From Pelagomonas calceolata (Eukaryota), in contig CAKKNE010000006.1 of the NCBI GenBank assembly GCA_918797485.1, positions 3,658,001 to 3,722,000 on the forward strand: a stretch of DNA of 64,000 nucleotides. Reading direction: 5' to 3'. The position numbers were made by a program, and so were the translations under genes. The notes below the pieces were generated by a model that saw nothing but the letters and a program-made list of their open reading frames with translations, did not search any database and had not been told where the DNA came from. Shown one piece after another: positions 22,801 through 34,800 of the stretch (position 1 is its first letter; every line of letters starts with the position of its first letter).

Positions 22801-25800
22801 AGCCGCCGTAGTAGTAGTAGTTGTCCCCGTAGCTCTCAAACGGGAAGCAGCTTCCCGTGTTCGTGAACGTCATGCCGGGAATATCAGCCGCGCACTTGCC
22901 CACGCCGTACGATGCGGGGTCGGTATCAGGCACGTAGCCGTCGGGGACCTCGGGCAAGCCAGTCGTCGGCTTGGGTGTCACCGTCGGCGCGAATGTAGGC
23001 CTAGGCGACGGAACAGCCGTCGGCGCGGGCGTCACCGTCGGCGCGGACGTGGGCGTCACCGTCGGCGCGAACGTAGGCCTAGGCGACGGATCGGCCGTCG
23101 GCGCCAGCGTCACGGCCCCGCAGTACTTCCTGTAGACGTCGAAGGCACCACAGTTGTCCAGACTACCATCGGTCCCACACTCGCCGTCGCCCTCGCAGAG
23201 CTCGCCGCAGGCCACAATGTCGCAAGTAGCAAGGTTTGGATCGTCAGGACACTCGTCGACCGAAACGGGCACGAGCACACCACATGGGTCGGCTGTCGGC
23301 TCGGGCGTCACCGTCGGCGCGAATGTAGGCCTAGGTGACGGGTCGGCCGTCGGATTATGCGACACCGTCGGTGCGAACGTGCCACCAGCAAGACCACCAC
23401 CACACGCGCAACACTGCTCGCTCGCCGTGAAATCCTCGTCGTCGTAGCTTCCACAACCTCCAGGAAAGCTGTCATACCACGACGAGCAAGTATCACCGTA
23501 GCTATCCGCGGTCGAATCGTCGTTCACGCATGGGCCGGCCGTCGGCTTGGGCGTCACCGTCGGCGCTTGAGTGTCGCTCGAAACAAAGTCGTGGCCGTAG
23601 AGCTGGAGCGTCCACGACACCAGGACGCCATCGTCGTCCCCGTCGTCGTCGGCGTAGTACCACTCGGCCCAGTATGGCTCCGACCCGAGGTCGTCGTCGT
23701 CGCCGCTCCCCGCTCTCCGATCCGCCACGCGGAGCGTGAACGCGCCCTCGTCCGCGCGCTCGCCCCAGTGTCTCAGGGTGGTATACTTGTGGTGCGTGTA
23801 GCGCGTGCCGAACTCGAGCTTGTCGTCCGTGAGCAGCGAGGTGACGCCGTTCCTCTCCAATTCGATCCGCAGATCGCCCCGCCGGGGGTGTTCTATAGTC
23901 ACGTAGACCGCGACGGCCTCGATCACAAAGTCCGAGGCGCCGGCGAAATCCGCAGCCGTCGACTCGACCCAGTGCTCAGTTCCGTTGTAATCGAGCAGGG
24001 CCTCGCCGCTCGTCGTCAACGTCATGTTCGTCAGCTCCGCGCCCCAGGTCGTCCAATTCGTCGCCGCCGCCGTCGCTGCCAGCGCGTCGACGAGCCCGAA
24101 CCCGTACTTGTAGCTATGTTTGACGCCGGCCTGGTTCGTGGTCCACTGGCCAGTCTCGTCGTCCTCGTCGTTAAAATCGGTCTGCGCGGTCGCGGCGAGC
24201 ACCCCCTGGACGTCGCGCCACGTTAGACTAGGATTTGCTTCCAGAACCAGCGCGACGACGCCGGAGACCAGCGGGGCCGCGTAGGACGTGCCCACGCCGA
24301 CGTTACCACAGTTGTCGACGGCGCTGAGAGCGAGCGGCAGCGCGGCGATCATGCCGTATTCATCGCCGCCTGGCGCGCTGATGAAGACCGGTGCGCCGGT
24401 CGAAGAGTAGGACGCGTGCTTGAGGTCGCGGCCGACGGCGCCGACGCTCATCGTGAACCGGGAGTTCTGGTAGCCCTCGTAGTTCACGTCCTGGCCGACG
24501 TCGTACGAGTTGCCCGCCGCGAAGACAAAGACCATGCCCAATCCACCTCTACCGTTCGTCACGCCGTCGAGCATCGTGTCGTGGCCGTGGCTCGACATCT
24601 GGCCGAAGCCGCACTGGACGAAGTAGTGGTCCAATTCCAGACAGGGCGTCGCGTCGTTCTCGAAGTAGTACGAGCAGTAGCTCACGACCGCGGCCTCGCA
24701 GGACGACGAGAGATTACCACTGGACCAGTCGTCTCCATCACACGCGTCGCAGGGGCAGGACGACGTGCCCGAGGGGCACGAGAACGGGCAGTCCGCCGAG
24801 TACGAGTGGCGCCCGCAGAGATCGTAGCCCCAGCTGTTTGAGGAGATGTCGTTGACTTCGTGGTTGTGCGAGATGAAGGTCCCGTTAGTGGCCTGGGACG
24901 CGAACGGGCCGGGGTCATCTCCGAGAGGGATGACGCACGACGCCAGGCCCGCGTCCGGCGCCGCTCCCACGCCACAATGCGAGTTCGAGTCGCCGGCCGC
25001 CAGCGACGCGCAGGCGGTCCCGTGCGCATTATCCCCCGACGGGGCATACACGTCACACGAGTTGGCCACGTCGAGCTTCGCCAGGTCCGGGTGCGTGTTG
25101 TCGACGCCGTCGTCGTTGATGAGGATCTGGACGCCGGCGCCCGTGTAGCCCGCGGCCCAGGCTTCGGGCGCGCGGATCGCTTCAAGGTACCACGCGGCGT
25201 CGGGGTAGTACGGGTCCGACGGCACGAACGTCGCCGTCGCCGTGGCGAGCCCGGGCTTAAGGGCCGGCGAGTCACCTTTGTCACCTTTGTGCGCAACCCC
25301 GGAGTGCTGCTGCGTCAACTCGGGCGCATCCTCGTCGAGGCGTCTCCGAGCAGTCGTCGGCGCTTGAGTCATCGTTGGCGCGAAGGTTGGCGCGGGCGTA
25401 GGCGCTGGCGTCATCGTCGGCGCGGGCGTCGGCGCGAAGATTGGCGCTGGCGTAGGCGCTGGCGTCATTGTTGGCGCTAACGTTGGCACTCGTGTCGGAG
25501 CATCATAAATAAGGTCGGCGTAGTTACCGGGGTCCGCGGGAACGCAGGCGACCGTGCCCACGGTCTCCGCGTATTTTCCTGCCTCGCAGTTTTCACACTT
25601 TGCTTTGCCAGCCTCGCCCGAGAACTTACCCTTATCACACTTTTCCGCCTTCACCGCGCCAGGATTCTCGACATAGAAGCCGGCTCCGGCGAACAAGCAC
25701 GTGCGAGAACCAGTATTGGGCGCGTAGGTCCCGGGTTCGCACTCTAGCTGCTCGTACGCTGTAGAATTTGGGACGTAGTGCCCTTCATCGGCCGGGTCAC

Positions 25801-28800
25801 AGTCGGCCATGCCCTCAACCTTGGCGAATTTACCTTCCTCGCAGTCCAGGCACTCTTCGTTGCCTTTGCCGCTCGCATGCTTGCCCGCGGGACACGGCTC
25901 CTGATCGGACGCGTCTGCTAATGGTACGTGTCCGGGATCGGCTGAGGTGCACTCCGGGGAGCCTTCCTTGGCAAATGTACCCGGATCGCACGGGATGCAA
26001 TAGATGGAGCCCGATTTCGAGTAGGTGCCGCTTGGACACGGGAGCAGCTTGATAGCACCGTCTACGGACGTCGGCGAGGTCGTCGGCGAGGACGACGGCT
26101 CTGACGTCGGCGCGGCCGTCGGTCCAGGCGTAGGCCCAGGCGTAGGCCCCGACGTTGGCTCTGACGTTGGCGCTGGCGTTGGCCAGGCTGTCGGCTCGGG
26201 CGTCGTCGGTGCAGGCGTCGGCACAAACGTGGGAGCAAACGTCGGCGAGACCGTAGGCGAGGCGATGGGCGCGGCCGTGGGCACGGGCGTAGGTCCAGAC
26301 GTAGGCGCTGGCGTAGGCGCTAGCGTCGGCCTGGAGGATGGCGCCGGGGTCGGCGTCGGCGTGGGCCGCGGCGTGGGTTGGCGCGTAGGACTTTCCGTAG
26401 GCAGGGGCGCCGGAATCGGCGTGGGCCGTAGCGTGGGCTTGGGCGTGGGCCGCGGCGACGGGCTGGGCGTCGGCCGCAAAGTCGGCCACGGCGTCGGCGC
26501 TAAGACCGGGCTGGCCGTGGGGCTGCCGGGTGTCACGGTCGGCTCCGGCATCGGCATCGGCGTCGGGCGCGGCGTCGGGTACGGCGTCGGCTGCGGCGTC
26601 GGCACCGGCCTGTGGGCAATTCAAACAGTGAATCGGGGGCGCGCGAGAATTCTGCACCAAGTCCCCCTCTCGGCGAGAACGCCGCCGTGCTGGCCGGAAC
26701 GAGCGGTACCAGACCGCAACGCCACGTCGTCGAGCTCGCGTCGCGTCGATGGCGTTATGCTTCGGCAGACGCGCGGCGAGTCGGCGACGGTGATTCATGC
26801 ACTGGTACTTGCGTCGGGCCCGGAGTGGGCTGCTGCGTCAGCATCGGCGTCGGGCGCGGCGTCGGGTACGGCGTCGGCTGCGGCGTCGGCACCGGCCTGT
26901 GGGCAATTCAAACAGTGAGTCGACCGGGAATTCTGCACCAAGTCCTCTCGGCGAGAACGCCGCCGCGCTGACCGGAACGAGCGGTACCAGACCGCGACGC
27001 CACGCCATCGAGCGCGTCGCGTCGATGGCGGTGAGGTCATGATCCTTCAGACGCGCGGCGAGTCGGCGATTTGATTTATGCACTGGCACTTGCGTCGGCG
27101 CGGGCGTCGGAGCCGGCGTCGGAGCCGGGGTAGGCTGCGGCGTCGGCATCGGCGTCGGGCGCGGCGTCGGGTACGGCGTCGGCTGTGGCGTCGGCACCGG
27201 CCTGTGGGCAATTCAAACAGTGAATCGGGGGCGCGCGAGAATTCTGCACCAAGTCCCCCTCTCGGCGAGAACGCCGCCGTGCTGGCCGGGACGAGCGGTA
27301 CCAGACCGCAACGCCACGTCGTCGAGCTCGCGTCGCGTCGATGGCGTTATGCTTCGGCAGACGCGCGGCGAGTCGGCGACGGTTTGTTTTACGCACTGGC
27401 ACTTGCGTCGGGCCCGGAGTGGGCTGCGGCGTCGGGCGTGGTGACGGAGCCGGGGTAGGCCCAGGCGTAGCTACGTTCTTGTCGTCGCACACTATGTAAT
27501 GATAGTCACCCGCGGGCCAGTAAATCGCCGAGGGGCACTCCGACAATTCCACCTCGCACCAGCGGTAGGGGCTGCCGTCGCAGGCTACCGCCGGGCAGCC
27601 CTCTTGGGTAGCAGGACAGTCGACGTTGCTCCACGAATCCTTGCACAAGCAGGACGCCGTCGGCGAGTCAGGCGCCGTGAACACGTAGGTCTCGCCAAAG
27701 CCAAAGGCTCCATCCGAGCTGTAGATCACGTCGCCGTTCAGCTCGAGGTAGTACGACCCGCCGCCGTCGCCGTACGAGTCGAAGATTTCGAAGGTGTATG
27801 TCTGGCCCGCGCAGAGAAATAAAACGGCTTCTGTAATCTCCGTCAATTGTTGCGAGTACGGCCCGCCACTCGCGCTGCCGCAAGGAGAGGTGAGGCTCCA
27901 CGTGGTCTCGCTCGGGTAAAAGTCCGTCGTGAGGACCAGCTCGAGCAACTGGCCGCACACGTCCGGACAGTTAGGCGAGCAATACGCGCACGTGCCGGGT
28001 CCGATTTCGTATGAGCAGTAAGCCTCTTCTGAAGTTCCATCGTTCGCGCAGACGGAACCCTCCTGGTCGAAGTGAGGTGGGCCCGGAATGCAACCATTTT
28101 CAGAGACGACAATTATGTTTTCTAGTGGGCAGTCTTCTCCGTTGATCTTCTTAACGCACAGCCCGCACGCCAAAGAGCAAAAGTCGAGCATGTAACCGGG
28201 GTTTGCCTCGCATTCGCCAATCTCAGCCCAGAATTCGCAATTTGGGTTGTCATTGCGGCAGAGATCATCAGAGCCGTTGTCGTCATCAGGGCCGTAGTAG
28301 CCAAAGTCATCAAAGAGGTAGTCGTCGTTGTAGAAGTCGTCGCCGTAGAAGTCGTCGCCGTAGTGATCTAGCCGCCGCGACACCACCTCAGCGTCGTCAC
28401 CTTGCTCCTGGGTCGCCGGGCCTCGCTCATAAATCTCCTTCGGTCTAGTCGCGGCGTCGACGAAAGAGTCCTGATCCAACCGACGTCGTGCGTCGCCATC
28501 ATCGTGAGAGTAAGAGTAAGAGTACGACGGCGCTGCCGTAGCCGTCGTCGACGTCGGCATCGCCGTCGGCGCTTGAGTCGGCGCCCGCGTCACCGTCGGC
28601 GCTTGGGTCGGCGCCCGCGTCGGTGCTTGAGTCGGCGCCCGCGTCGCCGTCGGCGCTTGGGTCGGCGCCCGCGTCGGTGCTTGAGTCGGCGCCCGCGTCG
28701 CCGTCGGCGCTTGGGTCGGCGCCCGCGTCATCGTCGGCGCCAGCGTCATCGTCGGCGCGTGAGTCGGCGCAAGACTGCAACTCTCTGCATCCGCACTGAC

Positions 28801-31800
28801 CGCGCAGTATCCGGCCTCCGCTCTTATGCAGGTAGTCGAGCCCGCGGTGCCCGTGTAATAACCTTCTTCACAATCCGTGCAGGTGATAGCACCGGGTGTA
28901 TTTGAATACCTCCCTTTGGGACAGCTCTTCTGCTCCGTCGCGCCGGTATTTTCGACATAATAACCGGCGGCGGCCTCCAAGCACTCGCTAGAACCCCTGT
29001 TGGGCGCGTAGGTTCCGGCCTCGCACTCTAGTTGCTCAGACGCTCCAGGATTCGGGACGTAGTGCCCTGCGTTAGCAGATTTGCATGTGTTGAGTCCGCA
29101 CTTATCCTTCTTTGCGCTTCGGTCATTTTCGTCGCATTGTGCGATGGTGGTGTAGTCATTGCTTTCAAACCGATTGTCGTACTTGCCCCTTTCGCACTTT
29201 GTGCACCTAGTGTTTGAGGAACCGCTCGAAAACTCGCCCTGGGCGCATGGCTCCTGTTTCGTCTGGCCTTTCTCTTTTACAAAATACCCGGGATCCGCGA
29301 GTCTGCAGAAACCTTTGTCGCTGTCAGGTTGATAACGTCCTTTGAGACATTCGGTACATGACGGCTCGCCACCCTTCGATTGCTTCCCGGCAACGCAGGG
29401 CTCGCATTCGGCTTGGTCCGCGTTCCTTGACCTGCCGGCCTCGCAGTCGAAGCAATTTGGGGCGCCAGGGTTCGAGGTCTTGCCCGGGATACACGTCAAG
29501 CAGGTGGCCGAACCGGCGCCGGAGAAGGTACCCTTGTCGCAGGGTTTGCACGATCTCAGATTGACCTCATAAGTGCCAGCCGCGCATGGCTTACAGTCGA
29601 ATTGACCAGCCTCGTCCTGGAAATGGCCTGCGTCGCAGTCCTCGCAGGTTCCACCTTTCCATGATTTGCCTTTTTGGCAAAGTGTACACTTGGGGTCCTT
29701 ATCATTACTGTCATCATAATACCGTCCATCTAAGCAAAGCGTGCAACGATCCGCCCCTTCCTTTGAAGCGAGTCCGTCGCCGCCCTTACCGTCGCCCGAA
29801 ACTTTTCCTGTGGGGCACTGTTCGCATTCGGTCATCGTACTATTTTTGTATGTTCCGGCGACGCAATTTACACAGCTGTCCCCGTCGCATCCCCCGCTTT
29901 GCTTACCGGCTGGGCAACTCGTGGGCACTAAGGTGGGCGCCGCCGAAAACGTAGGTTGGGCCGACACGGTCGGTGCTGGCGTCGGCCGCAAAACCGTCGT
30001 CGGTGCAGACGTCGGAGATGGAGTCTTCTGCGACGTCGGCGCAAGGGATGTCGTCGGCGCGGGCGTCGGCCTCAGGTAAGTGTTTGTACTGCAGAGGTAG
30101 CTCGTGAAGCAGTAGTTGCAGAAGTTGTCGTCGAAGATGAAGCCAACTCCCTCATCAAATCCGTCAACGCTAAGCCAGCAGCCCGCCGTGTAATCGCCGT
30201 TTGGCTCGGAGTAAGACGTCGACCGCAAAAACCACGGCGAGCCCGCGACGCTGGTCCAGGGCTCGCCACTGAACCCATCGTAGGCCTCAGAATTCATCGC
30301 CACGCCCGTGCATCCGCCGCAGGAGTTATCGTCGCGGTACACGCCGACGAGGCTGGTGAGGCCCGCGTCGTTGACTTCGTTTACGACGGCCTCGGCGTGC
30401 TCGTAGCTCTGCGGGACCCAGATTTCGAAGCCGGCCGGGCAGGAGTTGTCATCGTCGTACCGGCACGTCTGTTTGCCTCCTTTCACCTCCAAAACGTCCA
30501 CGACCACGCCGTCGAGCTCGATGCAGCGGAGGGTGCGGCCGTTGTAGTCGAACTTGCCAGCGCCTCCCTCGCAGACTGCTGGGGTCTGCGTCGGCGCGAA
30601 CGTCACCGTCGGCGCGAGCGTCGGTCCAGACGTAGGCGCTGGCAAAGGTGCTAGCGTCGGTCCGGATGTCGGCTCAGCCGTGGTAGGCGCGGGCGTCGGC
30701 CGTGGGATCGGCTGTGGGGTCGGCTGTGGGGTCGCACCGTCAACGGTCGGTTGCTGCGTTGGTTTCAACGTCGGACCCGGTGTTGGCGCAGAGCTCGGCA
30801 GCGGCGTCGGCGCAGAAGTCGTCGGCGGAGAGCTCGGCAGCGGCGTCGGCGGAGAGCTCGGCAGCGGCGTCGGCGGAGAGCTCGGCAGCGGCGTCGGCGG
30901 AGAGCTCGGCAGCGGCGTCGGCGGAGAGCTCGGCAGCGGCGTCGGCTCAGAAGTCGTCGTCGTTGAGGTCGGCATCGGCGTCGGCATCGGCGTCGGCATC
31001 GGCGTCGGCAGCGGCCTGTGGACAATTCAAACAGTGAGTCGACCGGGTGCGCCCGAGAATCCTGCACCATATCCTCTCTCGGCGAGAACGCCGCCGTGCT
31101 GGTCGGAACGAGCGGTACCAGACTGCAACGCCACGTCATCGAGCTGGCGTCGCGTCGATGGCGTTATGCTTCCGCAGACGCGCTGCGAGTCGGCGACAGT
31201 TTCATTTATGCACTGGCACTTGCGTCGGGTACGGCGTAGGCTGCGGCGTCGGGCCCAGCGACGGCATAGGCGTCGTGGGCGCCGGCGTCGGGTTCGAAGA
31301 CGGTTGAGGGCACGTCGGCTCCGCGGTGGGCTCCGAGCTCGGCTGCGCCGTCGGCGTGCTGGAAGGCTGCTGCGTGCTCGGCGAGAACGTGGGCCCCGGG
31401 CTCGGCCGCGGCGTAGTGGGCGCGACCGACGGTAGCGGCGTCGGCATAGGCGTCGTCGGGGCTTGCGACGGGCTAGCAGTCGGCTCCGAAGTAGGCGTAC
31501 TCGAAGGCTGCGGGCTCGTCGGCGAAGACGTGGGCCCCGGGCTCGGCCGCGGCGTAGTGGGCGCGACCGACGGTAGCGGCGTCGGCATAGGCGTCGTCGG
31601 GGCTTGCGACGGGCTAGCAGTCGGCTCCGAAGTAGGCGTACTCGAAGGCTGCGGGCTCGTCGGCGAAGACGTGGGCCCGGGCTCGGCAGCGGCGTAGTGG
31701 GCGCGACCGACGGTAGCGGCGTCGGCATAGGCGTCGTCGGGGCTTGCGACGGGCTAGCAGTCGGCTCCGAAGCGCGCGTCGAAGGCTGCGGGCTCGTCGG

Positions 31801-34800
31801 CGAAGACGTGGGCCGGGCTCGGCCGCGGCGTAGTGGGCGCGACCGACGGTAGCGGCGTCGGCATGCGCGTCGTCGGGGCTTGCGACGGGCTAGCAGTCGG
31901 CTCCGAAGCGCGTACTCGAAGGCTGCGGGCTCGTCGGCGAACGCGGGCCCGGGCTCGGCCGCGGCGTAGTGGGCGCGACCGACGGTAGCGGCGTCGGCAT
32001 AGGCGTCGTCGGGGCTTGCGACGGGCTAGCAGTCGGCTCCGAAGTAGGCGTACTCGAAGGCTGCGGGCTCGTCGGCGAAGACGTGGGCCCCGGCTCGGCC
32101 GCGGCGTAGTGGGCGCGACCGACGGTAGCGGCGTCGGCATAGGCGTCGTCGGGGCTTGCGACGGGCTAGCAGTCGGCTCCGAAGTAGGCGTACTCGAAGG
32201 CTGCGGGCTCGTCGGCGCCAACGGGCCCCGGCTCGGCCGCGGCGTAGTGGGCGCGACCGACGGTAGCGGCGTCGGCATGCGCGTCGTCGGGGCTTGCGAC
32301 GGGCTAGCAGTCGGCTCCGAAGTAGGCGTACTCGAAGGCTGCGGGCTCGTCGGCGCAACGGCCCCGGCTCGGCCGCGGCGTAGTGGGCGCGACCGACGGT
32401 AGCGGCGTCGGCATGCGCGTCGTCGGGGCTTGCGACGGGCTAGCAGTCGGCTCCGAAGTAGGCGTACTCGAAGGCTGCGGGCTCGTCGGCGAAGACGTGG
32501 GCCCGGGCTCGGCCGCGGCGTAGTGGGCGCGACCGACGGTAGCGGCGTCGGCATGCGCGTCGTCGGGGCTTGCGACTGGCTAGCAGTCGGCTCCGAAGTA
32601 GGCGTACTCGAAGGCTGCGGGCTCGTCGGCGAAGACGTGGGCCCGGGCTCGGCCGCGGCGTAGTGGGCGCGACCGACGGTAGCGGCGTCGGCATAGGCGT
32701 CGTCGGGGCTTGCGACGGGCTAGCAGTCGGCTCCGAAGTAGGCGTACTCGAAGGCTGCGGGCTCGTCGGCGAAGACGTGGGCCCGGGCTCGGCCGCGGCG
32801 TAGTGGGCGCGACCGACGGTAGCGGCGTCGGCATAGGCGTCGTCGGGGCTTGCGACGGGCTAGCAGTCGGCTCCGAAGTAGGCGTACTCGAAGGCTGCGG
32901 GCTCGTCGGCGAAGACGTGGGCCCCGGGCTCGGCCGCGGCGTAGTGGGCGCGACCGACGGTAGCGGCGTCGGCATAGGCGTCGTCGGGGCTTGCGACGGG
33001 CTAGCAGTCGGCTCCGAAGTAGGCGTACTCGAAGGCTGCGGGCTCGTCGGCGAAGACGTGGGCCCCGGGCTCGGCCGCGGCGTAGTGGGCGCGACCGACG
33101 GTAGCGGCGTCGGCATAGGCGTCGTCGGGGCTTGCGACGGGCTAGCAGTCGGCTCCGAAGTAGGCGTACTCGAAGGCTGCGGGCTCGTCGGCGAAGACGT
33201 GGGCCCCGGGCTCGGCCGCGGCGTAGTGGGCGCGACCGACGGTAGCGGCGTCGGCATCGGCCTGTGCGCAAATCAATTTGTGAGTCGGGCGCCGGAACGA
33301 GCGGTAATAGACCACAACGCCGATCTTCGAGCTGGTGTCGCGTCGATTGCGTTATGATTCGGCAGACGCGCGACGAGTCAGCGACTGTTTATTTTATGCA
33401 CTGGCAGTTGCGTCGGGCCCGGCGTGGGCTGCGGCGTCGGCCCAGGCGTCGGAGACGTGGTCGGCGGCTGCGTCGGCGCGGGCGTCGGCGCGGGCGTCGG
33501 CGCGGCCGTCGGCTCCGGCGTAGCTACGTTCGTCTCGTCGCACTCTATGTAATGATAGTCACCATACGGAAGCGCCGAGGAGCACTCCGACGGATCCACC
33601 TCGCACCAGCGGTAGGGGCTGCCGTCGCAGGCGTCCGTCGGGCATCCCTCCTGAATGGTAGAACAGTCGGCGTTGCTCCACGTGTCAAGGCACACGCAAT
33701 GCCCGGCGGCGCCACGTTCGTATCGTCGCACTCTATGCGCCAGTAGTCACCATACGGAAGCGCCGTGGAGCACCCGACGGATCCACCTCGCACCAGCGGT
33801 AGGGGCTGCCGTCGCAGGCGCCCGTCGGGCATCCCTCCTGAATAGTAGGCAGTACAGTCGGCGTTGCTCCACGTGTCAAGGCACGCGCGCGCCGCTCCGG
33901 CCGCGTAGCCACGTTCGTATCGTCGCACTCTATGTAATGATAGTCACCATGCTCCTTCGCCGAGGCATTCTGACGGATCCACCTCGCACCAGCGGTACCC
34001 CCAAACCGTCTCGCACTCTGAGCCTTCCGCCGGGCATCCCTCCTGAATAGTAGAACAGTCGGTGTTGCTCCACTGTCAAGGCACGCGCACGGCCCGGCCG
34101 CTTAGCCACCGTCGGAGCACGCCGCCGGGCGGCTGCACGGCTTGGGCGTCGGGCGCGGGCGTCGGCGCGGCCGTCGGCTCCGGCGTAGCTACGTTCGTCT
34201 CGTCGCACTCTATGTAATAGTAGTCACCATACGGAAGCGCCGTGGAGCACCCGACGGATCCACCTCGCACCAGCGGTAGGGGCTGCCGTCGCAGGCGTCC
34301 GTCGGGCATCCCTCCTGAATGGTAGAACAGTCGGCGTTGCTCCACGGTCAAGGCACACGCAATGCCCGGCGGCGCCACGTTCGTATCGTCGCACTCTATG
34401 CGCCAGTAGTCACCATACGGAAGCGCCGTGGGCACCCGACGGATCCACCTCGCACCAGCGGTAGGGGCTGCCGTCGCAGGCGTCCGTCGGGCATCCCTCC
34501 TGAATAGCAGTACAGTCGGCGTTGCTCCACGTGTCAAGGCACGCGCACGGCCCGCCGCGTAGCCACGTTCGTATCGTCGCACTCTATGTAATGATAGTCA
34601 CCATGCTCCTTCGCCGAGGCATTCCGACGGATCCACCTCGCACCAGCGGTACCCCAAACCGCCTCGCACTCTGAGCCTTCCGCCGGGCATCCCTCCTGAA
34701 TAGTAGAACAGTCGGTGTTGCTCACTGTCAAGGCACGCGCACGGCCCGCCGCTTAGCCACCGTCGGCACGCTGTCGGCGGCTGCGGCGGCTTGGGCGTCG

